Positions 30,193 to 40,105 of a DNA stretch of 64,000 bases are shown here, one piece after another. The stretch comes from a virus (Duplodnaviria > Heunggongvirae > Uroviricota > Caudoviricetes), in IMG/VR virus record IMGVR_UViG_3300020045_008999, positions 512,001-576,000 of that record. One strand, 5' to 3'. The notes under the pieces are model-generated. The model saw only the letters and a list, made by a program, of their open reading frames with translations. It did not search any database and was not told the origin of the DNA. Numbering within the stretch: the stretch's first letter is position 1; each line of letters begins with the position of its first letter. The position numbers and the translations under genes were made by a program.

Positions 30193-30236
30193 CAAATCAC
30201 CATTTAATATATACTGCAAATAAAAAAATATTAGAA

Positions 30237-30479
30237 ATGGAAAATATTAAAAAATATGAAGACTTTGGTGCTGACGATAAGTATTCTGATAAACAATTTA
30301 GATTAGAAGATCGCCGTGGCAAGGGGCAGCGAGTTGTGCTTCCGCAAAAACACTTTTTAGACACATGGGATTTATACCAATTGAGCTACGATGAAGTTTC
30401 CTTACTCGATTTCCTTACCGAGAGTAATATAGGTGATTCGTGGGAGGATTCTAGTTATAAAATAACCTGTATTGGGTAA
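30237..30479 (+). CDS. Small protein with capsid-targeting-like N-terminus
   Basis: MENIKKYEDF; TTAATATATA at 30204. Confidence 0.55.
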   Translation: MENIKKYEDFGADDKYSDKQFRLEDRRGKGQRVVLPQKHFLDTWDLYQLSYDEVSLLDFLTESNIGDSWEDSSYKITCIG

Positions 30480-30483
30480 AACC

Positions 30484-30515
30484 AAAAAGCAATGATTTAT
30501 ATCATTGCTTTTTTT
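30484..30515. terminator. Bidirectional intrinsic terminator
   Basis: AAAAAGCAATGAT...ATCATTGCTTTTTTT. Confidence 0.8.
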
Positions 30516-30519
30516 ATTT

Positions 30520-30816
30520 CTATCCCATTGCATCAGACGAAAATGGATGATCATCATCTGAATTCCATGAATCTATATTGACTTTTCCATGAAATGCTTT
30601 CCACCTAGCATTGGCAGGGGAAATTCGAGTTGTGTTGTTGCGTTTGTTTGGAGTGACTGAATTCCAATACGCGTCTTTACACACCGTCCCCGGTTTGTTC
30701 TTACAAAATGCTTGTTGATGTTGCGTTTTGACAAAACACTCATTGCAGCTTGGACAAAAACATTTATCACCGATTACTAATTCCTTATTTAACTTATATC
30801 TTTCTACTTTTTTCAT
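30520..30816 (-). CDS. Small Zn-finger protein
   Basis: CPSC...FC...CKD. Confidence 0.6.
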   Translation of the reverse strand: MKKVERYKLNKELVIGDKCFCPSCNECFVKTQHQQAFCKNKPGTVCKDAYWNSVTPNKRNNTTRISPANARWKAFHGKVNIDSWNSDDDHPFSSDAMG

Positions 30817-31467
30817 TTAGTTTAAATTCCATTTATATTCATAATCATCTCCTAAGTTTTCTTGCAAAGACCGTTCTACTAGCAACCGTAAATTATCCCA
30901 GAAACAATTATTATTTTTCAATATTGCTAAAATATCATCTCGGTTTATAACCCGTGCTTTATCCAATAATACTTCTTTCAATGTGTACCAATTTACCCCT
31001 GCACAATTCGTAACAATCACCATATTCCCCTTTACATCTTTATTAACACCATATTTAACGATTGATTGTCCCCAAAATTGTTTAATGTCTTTTGATATTA
31101 ATTCTGTTTCTATTTTCGACCTAAATTTAACCTGAACTGTCAATGGGTTACTTTTCAAACACAATCCAATTCCATCTACTCCATTATCATTCCCACTAAC
31201 AATTGGTTTGTATGTGGATATACACACACTACTGTGCGAACCACACAGATGGATCAATGCTTCGGTAAATATTTCAAATAAATCCCCTTTCATTTTATTA
31301 GTGCCACTTTTACCGGGATCATAACCAAAGTATTCAGCATGTTTTTTACTAATTTTCTGAATGCGATACTCCAGTGATCCGAATGAATTATTACCACTGA
31401 AAAGGGTTCTGTAAATATTTTCATCTTTAGAAAATAATGATATGAATTGCTCGTGTCTTATACGCAT
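30817..31467 (-). CDS. Mrr-like PD-(D/E)xK restriction endonuclease
   Basis: KGDLFEIF, DNGVDGIG, VQVKFR. Confidence 0.75.
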   Translation of the reverse strand: MRIRHEQFISLFSKDENIYRTLFSGNNSFGSLEYRIQKISKKHAEYFGYDPGKSGTNKMKGDLFEIFTEALIHLCGSHSSVCISTYKPIVSGNDNGVDGIGLCLKSNPLTVQVKFRSKIETELISKDIKQFWGQSIVKYGVNKDVKGNMVIVTNCAGVNWYTLKEVLLDKARVINRDDILAILKNNNCFWDNLRLLVERSLQENLGDDYEYKWNLN

Positions 31468-31549
31468 AAATTTTAATAAGATGTATTGATTCTAAGCAAT
31501 ACAAATGTTTATTTTTACAATTCTATTCCGATGTAAATAGGAATAGAAT

Positions 31550-33058
31550 TTAACCAATATTATTCACAATATTTTCTATGTATCGGATTTCAGCATTATT
31601 GAAATTAAAATATTTATATAGCTTATTATCGTCAAAATTGACATCAAGTGGAATTGCTGGAATATATTGATTAAACATTTTTTTAGATAATTCCTCAAAT
31701 GTATTATACTTTATAAAAACATATCTAAACCATGTAGATCTCCCAATATACCAAGCCAGCTTTTCATACTCTTCCCGATTAGTAACATACATATACATTA
31801 TTGACCGAGAAACTGCGATGTCACTGTCCATAAAATTACTATATATAAAATCTCGATCAAGCCTACGGTGGTTCTTCATACTATTGAAATTACCACTCGC
31901 CCTAGGCATCACAATCTTACATCCAGTTAATCCTTTATCATTATTGATGTAATGAAACTCTATTTTTTTACCACCACCCAAACGACTAAGCATTTTCACT
32001 CGATGTTTATAATCCGGTTCGAATTTAATACTGGGTGTAGCTTCTACACTACCATATCTCAACGTTTCATTTCTACCCCGGTGTAATTCTAATTTATCAA
32101 GATTTGCTATTTTTGACATAATTGAATATTCTATCCTATTTTCATAGTTATGTATTGGATCATTAGGTTCAATTTCAACGACATCGTTTATCATAATACT
32201 TTGAGTTTCATTCGTTCTATTCAAAATGAAGTATAAAGTTGATAAATGAACATCAAATTTTCCATAACCTAAAAATTTAACACAAGTCAGACCATTTTTC
32301 TTCAACAGTGGGATATATCGAACCTCATTCAAATTTAATGTAATTTTGGATGGGATTATAAATGCCATGTGGTCACACCAGGGCATGAATTTGTTTATAA
32401 ATGGTAAGTAACTGGTGTAGTTATATGGTGGCATACCTACTACCACATCGAATTTATCAATGCCCCATACATCTAACGCATGTTTATTGAATTCTGGATC
32501 TATACTGCTTCCCGAAAAGATATTCATCTGATAGCCCCCAAATGGATTCAAAATACATTGAAATATGAATGTATGAATTGGTTGAATTTCGGCCACGTAA
32601 ATCATATTTTCAATAATATGACGGCACCTAATTTGTGCATTGGGTTCCCATTCTTTTAATCCATTCATCAACCTAATAAGTATTAATATTGGAAAAGTAC
32701 CAATACCGTTCGCCGGATCTATCCATTTTAAAGTAGGATTATCCCATAAATTATGGGGGAGTTTATCTAATACGTCACAAGCCAATTCGATATTAGTTTG
32801 TGTATCACCATATTTTTTCCGGGAAGATAATGGTATTGGGCAATATGAAGATAGTTTATCTAATAATATAGATAAATGATTTATATCACAAACTTCATTT
32901 GAGTTTATTATAGATAATATCTCAGTGAATAATAATCTATTTTCATTGATAAATGCAAGAATTGCCAAACGTTTTCTAGGCAACAGGTTTACTTTATCAA
33001 TAATGTCAGATGGTACATATTGATTTGCAATAAAATCATCTATAAAATTGGTAAACAT
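31550..33058 (-). CDS. Eco57I-like DNA methyltransferase-fold protein with altered motif IV (MPPY)
   Basis: WIDPANGIGTF SAM motif; FDVVVGMPPY; FIIPS; TRD-like C-terminus. Confidence 0.75.
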   Translation of the reverse strand: MFTNFIDDFIANQYVPSDIIDKVNLLPRKRLAILAFINENRLLFTEILSIINSNEVCDINHLSILLDKLSSYCPIPLSSRKKYGDTQTNIELACDVLDKLPHNLWDNPTLKWIDPANGIGTFPILILIRLMNGLKEWEPNAQIRCRHIIENMIYVAEIQPIHTFIFQCILNPFGGYQMNIFSGSSIDPEFNKHALDVWGIDKFDVVVGMPPYNYTSYLPFINKFMPWCDHMAFIIPSKITLNLNEVRYIPLLKKNGLTCVKFLGYGKFDVHLSTLYFILNRTNETQSIMINDVVEIEPNDPIHNYENRIEYSIMSKIANLDKLELHRGRNETLRYGSVEATPSIKFEPDYKHRVKMLSRLGGGKKIEFHYINNDKGLTGCKIVMPRASGNFNSMKNHRRLDRDFIYSNFMDSDIAVSRSIMYMYVTNREEYEKLAWYIGRSTWFRYVFIKYNTFEELSKKMFNQYIPAIPLDVNFDDNKLYKYFNFNNAEIRYIENIVNNIG

Positions 33059-33089
33059 ATTGACTACTTTAGTCGTTATACCATTTTAT

Positions 33090-34790
33090 CTACCCAAAGT
33101 TGTGTTTAAGCCACTCTTCTGGGGACAATTTATCTAGATTGTCGGATTTTTGTTTATTCTTAACGTCAATGTATAAATCTTCTATGATTTGTTCCAGGTC
33201 ATTATCACATAAATCTATTTTACCGTCTTTGTAGTATTTGGTGACATTTAGTCGATCGTCGGTGGTTCGCTCAGATCCTTTACCTAAAGCATTACCCAAT
33301 CCATGATCAGTACCGGATTTGAAACCATATTCTTCGCGTAGATTAATTATTACTTCTGCAATGGTTTGCTTTACCCTGTCGCCAGCACTGGTCCAATAGG
33401 GTATGATGATTGCACAATGTGGCTTAACCCAAGTTCCATATTCGCGTACCTTTATCAATCCAGCTCGCAATCCAGCTCGATCTTTCGGATGTAAGCGAGT
33501 TCCCCTTCCGGCATTCTGAAGTAATTTAGGTTTACTCGGTAGATTGTCAGTTAAAAACATAATTCCTGTAAAACCAGATACATTAATGCCTTCTGAAAGT
33601 GTATCAAAATGTAAAACTATCGCATTCTCAGTACTTCCTAAATTTTGTAATCGATCTAAATATTCTTCACGTTTGCTAATATAATAGTTATCAATTCGAT
33701 GGGTGCTACCAATTGGGGTATTGTCTATATCATATTCAGTATCTGATGCACCACAACAAATAGTAACATCCGGCATGATACCAACTAATTCTTTGGCGAT
33801 TCGCCACATCATTTTAACTGATTCACATTTTATGAGTAGCTTAGCACCTATATCATCCGGACTCACGGAAACATCCTTAACCCAATCATGATGACTTTGG
33901 TATACATCACATACAAATTTAGAAACACTCTTTAGGTTGATTAATTTATCAACAAGTCCATCCACCGGTGTGGCGGTATGTATAACTGGTAGAACTACGT
34001 ACCCATCTTCGATCGCTTCTTTGAATGACATACCAAATCGTTCGCCATATATTGATATGTTGTTCATCAAGGCGGATTGTGCGGCCACACTTTCATCATC
34101 ACAATCCTTAGGGGTTGCTGTTAAGAAAATATACTTATGTGATTTTATTTTATTGAAGCTAGTATAGAAATTGATATCCTCACCAAAGTAATCAGTTGCA
34201 AGTGTATGGGCCTCATCACAATAAACAACATCGATCGGTACGTCCAGTGACGCAAAAATATTTGCGGAATGATAGGTGCTTATGATTACAATTTTGCGAT
34301 TGGCAATTCGATGCCTATCAATTGCTATTTTAAGATCGTTTGAGTTTAGTGTATTAGTGAATAACTCAGACATATTTATGCGATTTAATAAACAAAGCTT
34401 ATTAAACTTTATTTTTAAAGCAATTTCAGTATTATTTAATAATATGTTATCAGTATTATTAAGCTTCTCATATATGTTTATATATTTACTACTACCAACG
34501 AAAATAAATCCAATGTTACCTAGCATTGGATCTAATGATTCAACTATATCGTTAAGGTGTTGGGTATTGAGTGTAAGACGGTGTGATAGGGTTAGGAATA
34601 TGTCTTCTTTCGAATTTATAATTCGATCCATTAAATGCGTAATCATAATATAACCTTTACCCGCACCGGTTGGGATACACAGGGTCATTCTGATTTTAGT
34701 TAGCATCAACTCAAAATAACCTCTTTGACGATCATTCAGTGATGATATTCGATTTATTATGTGATTGACATGTGATGCTAATACCTTCAT
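33090..34790 (-). CDS. SF2 DEAH helicase (type III Res/type ISP-like)
   Basis: IPTGAGKG, STYHS, CDEAH, LTATP, LSEGINV, QNAGRGTR. Confidence 0.85.
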   Translation of the reverse strand: MKVLASHVNHIINRISSLNDRQRGYFELMLTKIRMTLCIPTGAGKGYIMITHLMDRIINSKEDIFLTLSHRLTLNTQHLNDIVESLDPMLGNIGFIFVGSSKYINIYEKLNNTDNILLNNTEIALKIKFNKLCLLNRINMSELFTNTLNSNDLKIAIDRHRIANRKIVIISTYHSANIFASLDVPIDVVYCDEAHTLATDYFGEDINFYTSFNKIKSHKYIFLTATPKDCDDESVAAQSALMNNISIYGERFGMSFKEAIEDGYVVLPVIHTATPVDGLVDKLINLKSVSKFVCDVYQSHHDWVKDVSVSPDDIGAKLLIKCESVKMMWRIAKELVGIMPDVTICCGASDTEYDIDNTPIGSTHRIDNYYISKREEYLDRLQNLGSTENAIVLHFDTLSEGINVSGFTGIMFLTDNLPSKPKLLQNAGRGTRLHPKDRAGLRAGLIKVREYGTWVKPHCAIIIPYWTSAGDRVKQTIAEVIINLREEYGFKSGTDHGLGNALGKGSERTTDDRLNVTKYYKDGKIDLCDNDLEQIIEDLYIDVKNKQKSDNLDKLSPEEWLKHNFG

Positions 34791-35188
34791 TAATCTACAA
34801 TTTTTGAAATTGCATCCGTGCGATTATAAATCTTTTTTTTATCTTCACTAACTTTGAAATAACCATCAAATTTTTCAAATTGTTTTGCTATTCTAGTAAT
34901 ATCGGTAATAAGAGATTTTTTATATTCCTTAATTATACTATCACAATCATTTTCTATATAATATAGTGAATTTGATGCATAGTTTGATAGAAAAGAACTT
35001 TTCCTACCTGGTAAACACTTATAATAACGATATGTGAATTGTTTGCGAAATATTTTAAATGTAATCGTAGTAAACTTATATACTTTTAAATTACACTTAA
35101 CACCATTACTGGCCACATATAAGTTGAATCGGTACGATTCTCCATCTTCATATATAAAATCAACGTTTGATAAAATTTTATTGTTCAT
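34790..35188 (-). CDS. Hypothetical protein
   Basis: 132 aa; ends RTDAISKIVD; TACATTTG promoter at 35216-35223 (minus). Confidence 0.55.
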   Translation of the reverse strand: MNNKILSNVDFIYEDGESYRFNLYVASNGVKCNLKVYKFTTITFKIFRKQFTYRYYKCLPGRKSSFLSNYASNSLYYIENDCDSIIKEYKKSLITDITRIAKQFEKFDGYFKVSEDKKKIYNRTDAISKIVD

Positions 35189-35241
35189 AACTTTTCAACT
35201 ATTAGATAATTTTCACAAATGTAATTATTTTTTATTACATA

Positions 35242-35499
35242 TTAACAAACTGCTCCACCTAATTTAGTCGAATCATATGGAATTATTTTTTTATTATTTT
35301 CATCATAATCTTCCCTCGATTCGATATCAGTATCAAGTACATTTTTAATATTGATAATATTTGCTCCCTCAGTATTCATATCACTGATTCTATCACCAAT
35401 ATCAGTTCCTTTAGACGCTTTACGCACCTTAACAAGTTGTTCAATTGATTTATCATTCGAAACTGACTCATTATATTCTTTGAAATTTAAAACTTTCAT
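35242..35499 (-). CDS. Small protein with capsid-targeting-like N-terminus
   Basis: MKVLNFKEYNES; TTAATATATA upstream. Confidence 0.65.
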   Translation of the reverse strand: MKVLNFKEYNESVSNDKSIEQLVKVRKASKGTDIGDRISDMNTEGANIINIKNVLDTDIESREDYDENNKKIIPYDSTKLGGAVC

Positions 35500-35523
35500 A
35501 TAATAGTTATGTTTTTTTATATA

Positions 35524-35766
35524 TTAATCATTTAAAATCATATTTAAGTAATACAATCGAGTACTAGTAATATACTTAACATCAATGTCGTATATTTTAC
35601 TTTTAGAATTTAATTCATCAAAAATAAAAAAAAGCCACCGCCCTGCCCGAGTTCTACCAGTATCCCATGGTATATCCAATTGGTATACATTACTGTTAAT
35701 CAATAAACACTCCCCTGCGGAATTGAATATAGTTGGTCCAGTATATTGAAATTCTTTTATAATCAT
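35524..35766 (-). CDS. Hypothetical protein
   Basis: Ends RLYYLNMILND. Confidence 0.5.
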   Translation of the reverse strand: MIIKEFQYTGPTIFNSAGECLLINSNVYQLDIPWDTGRTRAGRWLFFIFDELNSKSKIYDIDVKYITSTRLYYLNMILND

Positions 35767-35816
35767 TATGATTTATTTATACTATTATATTGTTTTTATA
35801 GTATAATGTTTTATAT

Positions 35817-36110
35817 TTGTATTATTATAACGCAAATATATTTAGAAAAATGATAATAAACAAATTAGAATCCATACAAACTTTAGTTGTTGAAAATATT
35901 TCTTGTGATTGTTGTGGGAAGAGTTGTAAAGTGGGAAATAATGATGATGGACAATTCGAATATATGGAAATGAACGCGTGTTGGGGGTTTGAGAGTGGTA
36001 AAGACCTAGAAACGTGGACCGCTCATATATGTGAAACATGCGTTGATGAAAAATTCACCTTTGTGAATTTCCATAAAAAAGGATTCGGAATTAATACAAA
36101 CCATAAATAA
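35817..36110 (+). CDS. Zn-finger hypothetical protein (start probably ATG 35850)
   Basis: CDCCGK...ICETC; TTG-N19-TATATTTG upstream. Confidence 0.6.
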   Translation: MYYYNANIFRKMIINKLESIQTLVVENISCDCCGKSCKVGNNDDGQFEYMEMNACWGFESGKDLETWTAHICETCVDEKFTFVNFHKKGFGINTNHK

Positions 36111-36111
36111 C

Positions 36112-36429
36112 ATGGACGAGTATAAACAAAAAATATTTGACGCAAAGTGTATTGCGTACACTCAGAAAGATGCAAGAACAGCATTTCAATTCAAAACACC
36201 ATATTCAGAATTACCAATCATGTTTACTTATGGTAGTTCATCATGCCATCCAGATAACAACAGGTCTCTGCGGACTGCGGACTTGGTATTATGGGTTAAG
36301 TTTATAAATACGGAATGGTTTCGACCATGTGGTGGATTTACAGAATCTCAGATTGCTAAAATGCTAGAAATATGTATGAATGATTTACAAATTGATTCAC
36401 TTATTAATATGTTATGTAATACAAATTGA
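36112..36429 (+). CDS. Hypothetical protein
   Basis: 105 aa. Confidence 0.55.
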   Translation: MDEYKQKIFDAKCIAYTQKDARTAFQFKTPYSELPIMFTYGSSSCHPDNNRSLRTADLVLWVKFINTEWFRPCGGFTESQIAKMLEICMNDLQIDSLINMLCNTN

Positions 36430-36484
36430 AAAGAGTAAACTTTATCAACAAGGATCAGTATAAATAATAAATATTTATCATTAT

Positions 36485-36793
36485 ATGACTACACCAACCC
36501 CAGAGACAAACACAAGTATTGACTTATCTCATATTATTAACACAACAGGTGCTGCCAGGACCCCTGATTTATATAACAATAACATTAAATTGATACATAC
36601 CGTTGAATTTGCAGAATCTATTGAGCTTATTTACATATATACATCGATGAATACGTTGGCAGTCTATCCACCATATACGGAACGCACTGTTTTCAAAGTA
36701 GTATTTAGCTGTATTGATGGAAAATGGAATAAATCCGAACCAATATATGGTAGAATCAACGAACGTCAAGAAGAAACATACGAATTCAATTAA
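36485..36793 (+). CDS. Hypothetical protein
   Basis: AAACTTT-N15-TATAA at 36437. Confidence 0.55.
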   Translation: MTTPTPETNTSIDLSHIINTTGAARTPDLYNNNIKLIHTVEFAESIELIYIYTSMNTLAVYPPYTERTVFKVVFSCIDGKWNKSEPIYGRINERQEETYEFN

Positions 36794-36810
36794 CCTAAAA
36801 AATAAAGATT

Positions 36811-37104
36811 ATGAACATTTTTCCAATGATTGCTATAATTGCCCTTACGTATATATTCCTCGGAATTGCAGGGATAATTTCAATTAGCAAAACTAGAAAA
36901 CAAATTAGATTAGTTATTACCACATTTTCGAAGAAAATTAAAGATGCAACAACTATCAGTGAGTTGATCAATATTAATATTGAACTCTCTAAAATAATAT
37001 GTAAGCGTAATAGTACCAAATTAAAATCATTTTTGTATTTAGATGCTAAACCATTACTAACCGCGATTAATTCAAAGCTAGAACTTCTAAATAAGTTAAA
37101 ATAG
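36811..37104 (+). CDS. Hypothetical membrane-anchored protein
   Basis: N-terminal TM. Confidence 0.5.
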   Translation: MNIFPMIAIIALTYIFLGIAGIISISKTRKQIRLVITTFSKKIKDATTISELININIELSKIICKRNSTKLKSFLYLDAKPLLTAINSKLELLNKLK

Positions 37105-37285
37105 TACCAATGAATATTTGATAATACCATCGAGGAATGTGGATTTCATTTACCTCATAATTGGCGGTGATCTCTATCAATAGTATGATATTCAGTGAAT
37201 TCAAATATTCTCACAACTAGATTAGTGTATTTAGTAAACTAAAAGAGTAATTCCGGATATAATTACAAATATAAGAAATATAATT

Positions 37286-37558
37286 ATGAGTTTTTTTACA
37301 GAATTTTTCACAATGTTGAAAACAAACCATGTGTTTTTTATAAGCACTTCGCTAAGATATGTAGGTATAGAATCTAAAAAATTTGTAAAAATATTCAAAT
37401 ATATACCATGGCCTAAAGCATGGTGTGCTAGTCTATCACACACCACTCTATATTACTATAGTTTGGATGATTTGTTCCGATACCCATTTGCCTACCTACA
37501 TTTTATGTACCTTTCCATAGGTGATTGGTATTTGAAATACCGCTCTGAAAATAATTAG
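37286..37558 (+). CDS. Hypothetical protein
   Basis: 90 aa. Confidence 0.45.
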   Translation: MSFFTEFFTMLKTNHVFFISTSLRYVGIESKKFVKIFKYIPWPKAWCASLSHTTLYYYSLDDLFRYPFAYLHFMYLSIGDWYLKYRSENN

Positions 37559-37582
37559 ACATAAATTTTTATAAAACCACGG

Positions 37583-38032
37583 ATGATATCTAAAAATAAA
37601 CATGGTGATGATGTAAATATTATCATCAATAAAAATGATCTCATTGATTTAATTAATGAGATCCCAAATTTCCAAGATTTCCATTTATCAAATAAATTGA
37701 TGAAATTAATTAGACCTGGGTATAGCATTGATTTAGATTCTGATGGGTGTGTCATTTCATTAAATTTAGATGGATTTCCATGTGCATGGGATTCTGGTGA
37801 TGTTGAAATTATACGACATATGATAAATAGCGGATCCCTTGATAATTATGAAGATTTAATCGGGATCCCGATTGCACCAAATTCTAATAATGGTGGGATT
37901 AAACAGCGACCACATGCACACAATCAATTAGTAAACTCTACCGATAGTGAATCTATAATACCGTGGGACACTGTTTCACTTTCATATATCAATCTATTTC
38001 TGAGAAGGAAAAATCTTAAATTAAGTATGTAA
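37583..38032 (+). CDS. Hypothetical protein
   Basis: 149 aa, followed by a terminator hairpin. Confidence 0.55.
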   Translation: MISKNKHGDDVNIIINKNDLIDLINEIPNFQDFHLSNKLMKLIRPGYSIDLDSDGCVISLNLDGFPCAWDSGDVEIIRHMINSGSLDNYEDLIGIPIAPNSNNGGIKQRPHAHNQLVNSTDSESIIPWDTVSLSYINLFLRRKNLKLSM

Positions 38033-38047
38033 AAATAACCAGATAAA

Positions 38048-38485
38048 TTGTTGTCTGGTTATTTATTTTTGATTATATTTGCGAAACGTATATTATACAA
38101 GTTAAAAATGAATTGGATAAAACGATTATTTAAATCATCGGTTATAAACGATATGCCACGTGGCAACAATACTGGATATCCTTATCGAAATTCATATGAT
38201 TTTTCGACTAAAGAGTTTGAAGTGTTGCGAATTACATATTCTTGGTTCAAGTATGATAGAGTTTTAAATAATATCCCGACTTGGAATCATTATAAATATT
38301 ATAAAAATGCCGCGGCTGCATATGATGCCGTCCGAGATTTTCGTAGAAGTTGGTACGATAAAGCGTATTATGATTATCCAGCATTGAACAATGGAGTTGA
38401 AAATGAAATTAAATACCCACATATTAAACCTACAATTACCATATTTCGCTATAAAGTAGTTCGTAGAATTAAAATTAACAACTAA
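38048..38485 (+). CDS. Hypothetical protein (start probably ATG 38108)
   Basis: TTG-N20-TATATTTG at 38051-38081. Confidence 0.55.
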   Translation: MLSGYLFLIIFAKRILYKLKMNWIKRLFKSSVINDMPRGNNTGYPYRNSYDFSTKEFEVLRITYSWFKYDRVLNNIPTWNHYKYYKNAAAAYDAVRDFRRSWYDKAYYDYPALNNGVENEIKYPHIKPTITIFRYKVVRRIKINN

Positions 38486-38497
38486 AAATTCACAAAT

Positions 38498-38821
38498 ATG
38501 AAAACAGAAATTAACATTACGGCACTAGGGTATGGATTCTTTTGCCATATCAATTTTGAAAAAACTGTAGTAGCAGTTGATTTTAGTATAAACTCTGATG
38601 ACACTTTAGATTTTTCACTATTAAATTATGTGCATAAAGTAGATGAAGTATCATTGGCACAAGTGCGTACATTATTATTGGATAATTTAGCATACTTTAA
38701 AAATTTTCGAAGAAAATACAATGATTTTAATTACGAACCTACCGAGATTGATTTCAACTGTACTGGGTATTTAGAGTTTTTGGAATCAAAGTTGAAATTA
38801 AATTCCACACACCAATGCTAA
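38498..38821 (+). CDS. Hypothetical protein
   Basis: 107 aa. Confidence 0.5.
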   Translation: MKTEINITALGYGFFCHINFEKTVVAVDFSINSDDTLDFSLLNYVHKVDEVSLAQVRTLLLDNLAYFKNFRRKYNDFNYEPTEIDFNCTGYLEFLESKLKLNSTHQC

Positions 38822-39066
38822 TAAATTTTATAGATATAGACGATAATGAAATTGAGTCAATATCCTTACCACACAACGTTTTCAAAATAGGTGACAAACT
38901 CGATTTAAGAGTTGCTAATCGTGATATGGTAGCTTGGCCAAATATTAAAGAAATTAATAGGCGGTTTGAAGTACTTGACGTTGAGACATTCATAAGAATA
39001 GTATACCATGCAAATCGGACTACTGATCAGTATATACAAACCTCAGTTACTATCAAAGCTTTGTAA
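38815..39066 (+). CDS. Hypothetical protein
   Basis: 83 aa, overlap-coupled. Confidence 0.5.
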   Translation: MLINFIDIDDNEIESISLPHNVFKIGDKLDLRVANRDMVAWPNIKEINRRFEVLDVETFIRIVYHANRTTDQYIQTSVTIKAL

Positions 39067-39102
39067 ACTTGATTCAAAAACATAACCATTTAAATATTAA
39101 AC

Positions 39103-39384
39103 ATGAGCATTAAAAAAGGAATTGGGTATTCGCCCTTGAGCGATACCGTTTATATTGGTAAACAAAACTCAGTGAAACGAATGTGGGTTGGTCCTAAGGA
39201 AGACATCACTAATGAATTTTTAGCAGTGGCTTTTGAATATTTTCCAGAAAATACCGTACGTGAAATTAGTACTGGCACCAACTTAAATCTTATTATCAAC
39301 ATAAGAAAAAATCCGAAAAGTATTCAAAAGATTATCGATCTTTTGAACAAAGATTTAGCTGAGTTAACTGCGACTCAAAAGTAA
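39103..39384 (+). CDS. Hypothetical phage protein
   Basis: IGYSPLSDTVYIGK...WVG-x-KEDITNEF. Confidence 0.6.
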   Translation: MSIKKGIGYSPLSDTVYIGKQNSVKRMWVGPKEDITNEFLAVAFEYFPENTVREISTGTNLNLIINIRKNPKSIQKIIDLLNKDLAELTATQK

Positions 39385-39400
39385 ACCATATATTTAAAAC

Positions 39401-39676
39401 TTGACAGTTATGAAAATACTTTCGAATACCGATAATTTACTACGACATACTTTATTCACTGGCATCTGGCTTATCATATTTTCAATCATCAGTATGTTTT
39501 GTGCGAGAATATACATGGATATAACGGGAAAACACCCCATTGACTTAAACATTTTTGGGTATATAATAATGTTTGTCGGTGGGGCTGGTTGCGGTCTTTT
39601 TTCATATGCACTTTTAATTAAGTTTATCGAGCGAATAACGATTGATATGAAAATAATAAAAGAAAAATACAAATGA
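39401..39676 (+). CDS. Small two-TM membrane protein
   Basis: Two hydrophobic helices. Confidence 0.5.
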   Translation: MTVMKILSNTDNLLRHTLFTGIWLIIFSIISMFCARIYMDITGKHPIDLNIFGYIIMFVGGAGCGLFSYALLIKFIERITIDMKIIKEKYK

Positions 39677-40098
39677 TAGAAATCCCAGTTGAGGCGGCAA
39701 AACAATTTTGTGAGGAATATGACAAAGACCAATGTATTATTTTATCTTGGGATGAAGTGTCTAAATCTACCTGGGTGACCACCTATGGTGTTGGTGATAC
39801 AAACAGTAAAGAAGCATGTAATGCTGGAAATGCACTCAAAGATTATCTAAAACTAAAGCGTGATAATGACGAAATCCCATCACAGTTTAAAGAATGGGCC
39901 ATTGAAAAAGTTGATCGCTATTGGTACTTCAGTTCTAGGAATGGGCGTAAGTTTGTAGAAACCACTTTTTGGTATGAGAAACATACATTAGAGCGAAAAG
40001 AGTCTACCCGATCGATAAACGATATTTACGACGATTATAATTTACCAGAGTGGGCAAAATCTATTATTGATTATCGAAAGAATATGAATGTAAATTAA
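39673..40098 (+). CDS. Hypothetical protein
   Basis: IPVEAAK...WVTTYG. Confidence 0.55.
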   Translation: MIEIPVEAAKQFCEEYDKDQCIILSWDEVSKSTWVTTYGVGDTNSKEACNAGNALKDYLKLKRDNDEIPSQFKEWAIEKVDRYWYFSSRNGRKFVETTFWYEKHTLERKESTRSINDIYDDYNLPEWAKSIIDYRKNMNVN

Positions 40099-40105
40099 AA
40101 TTTCA

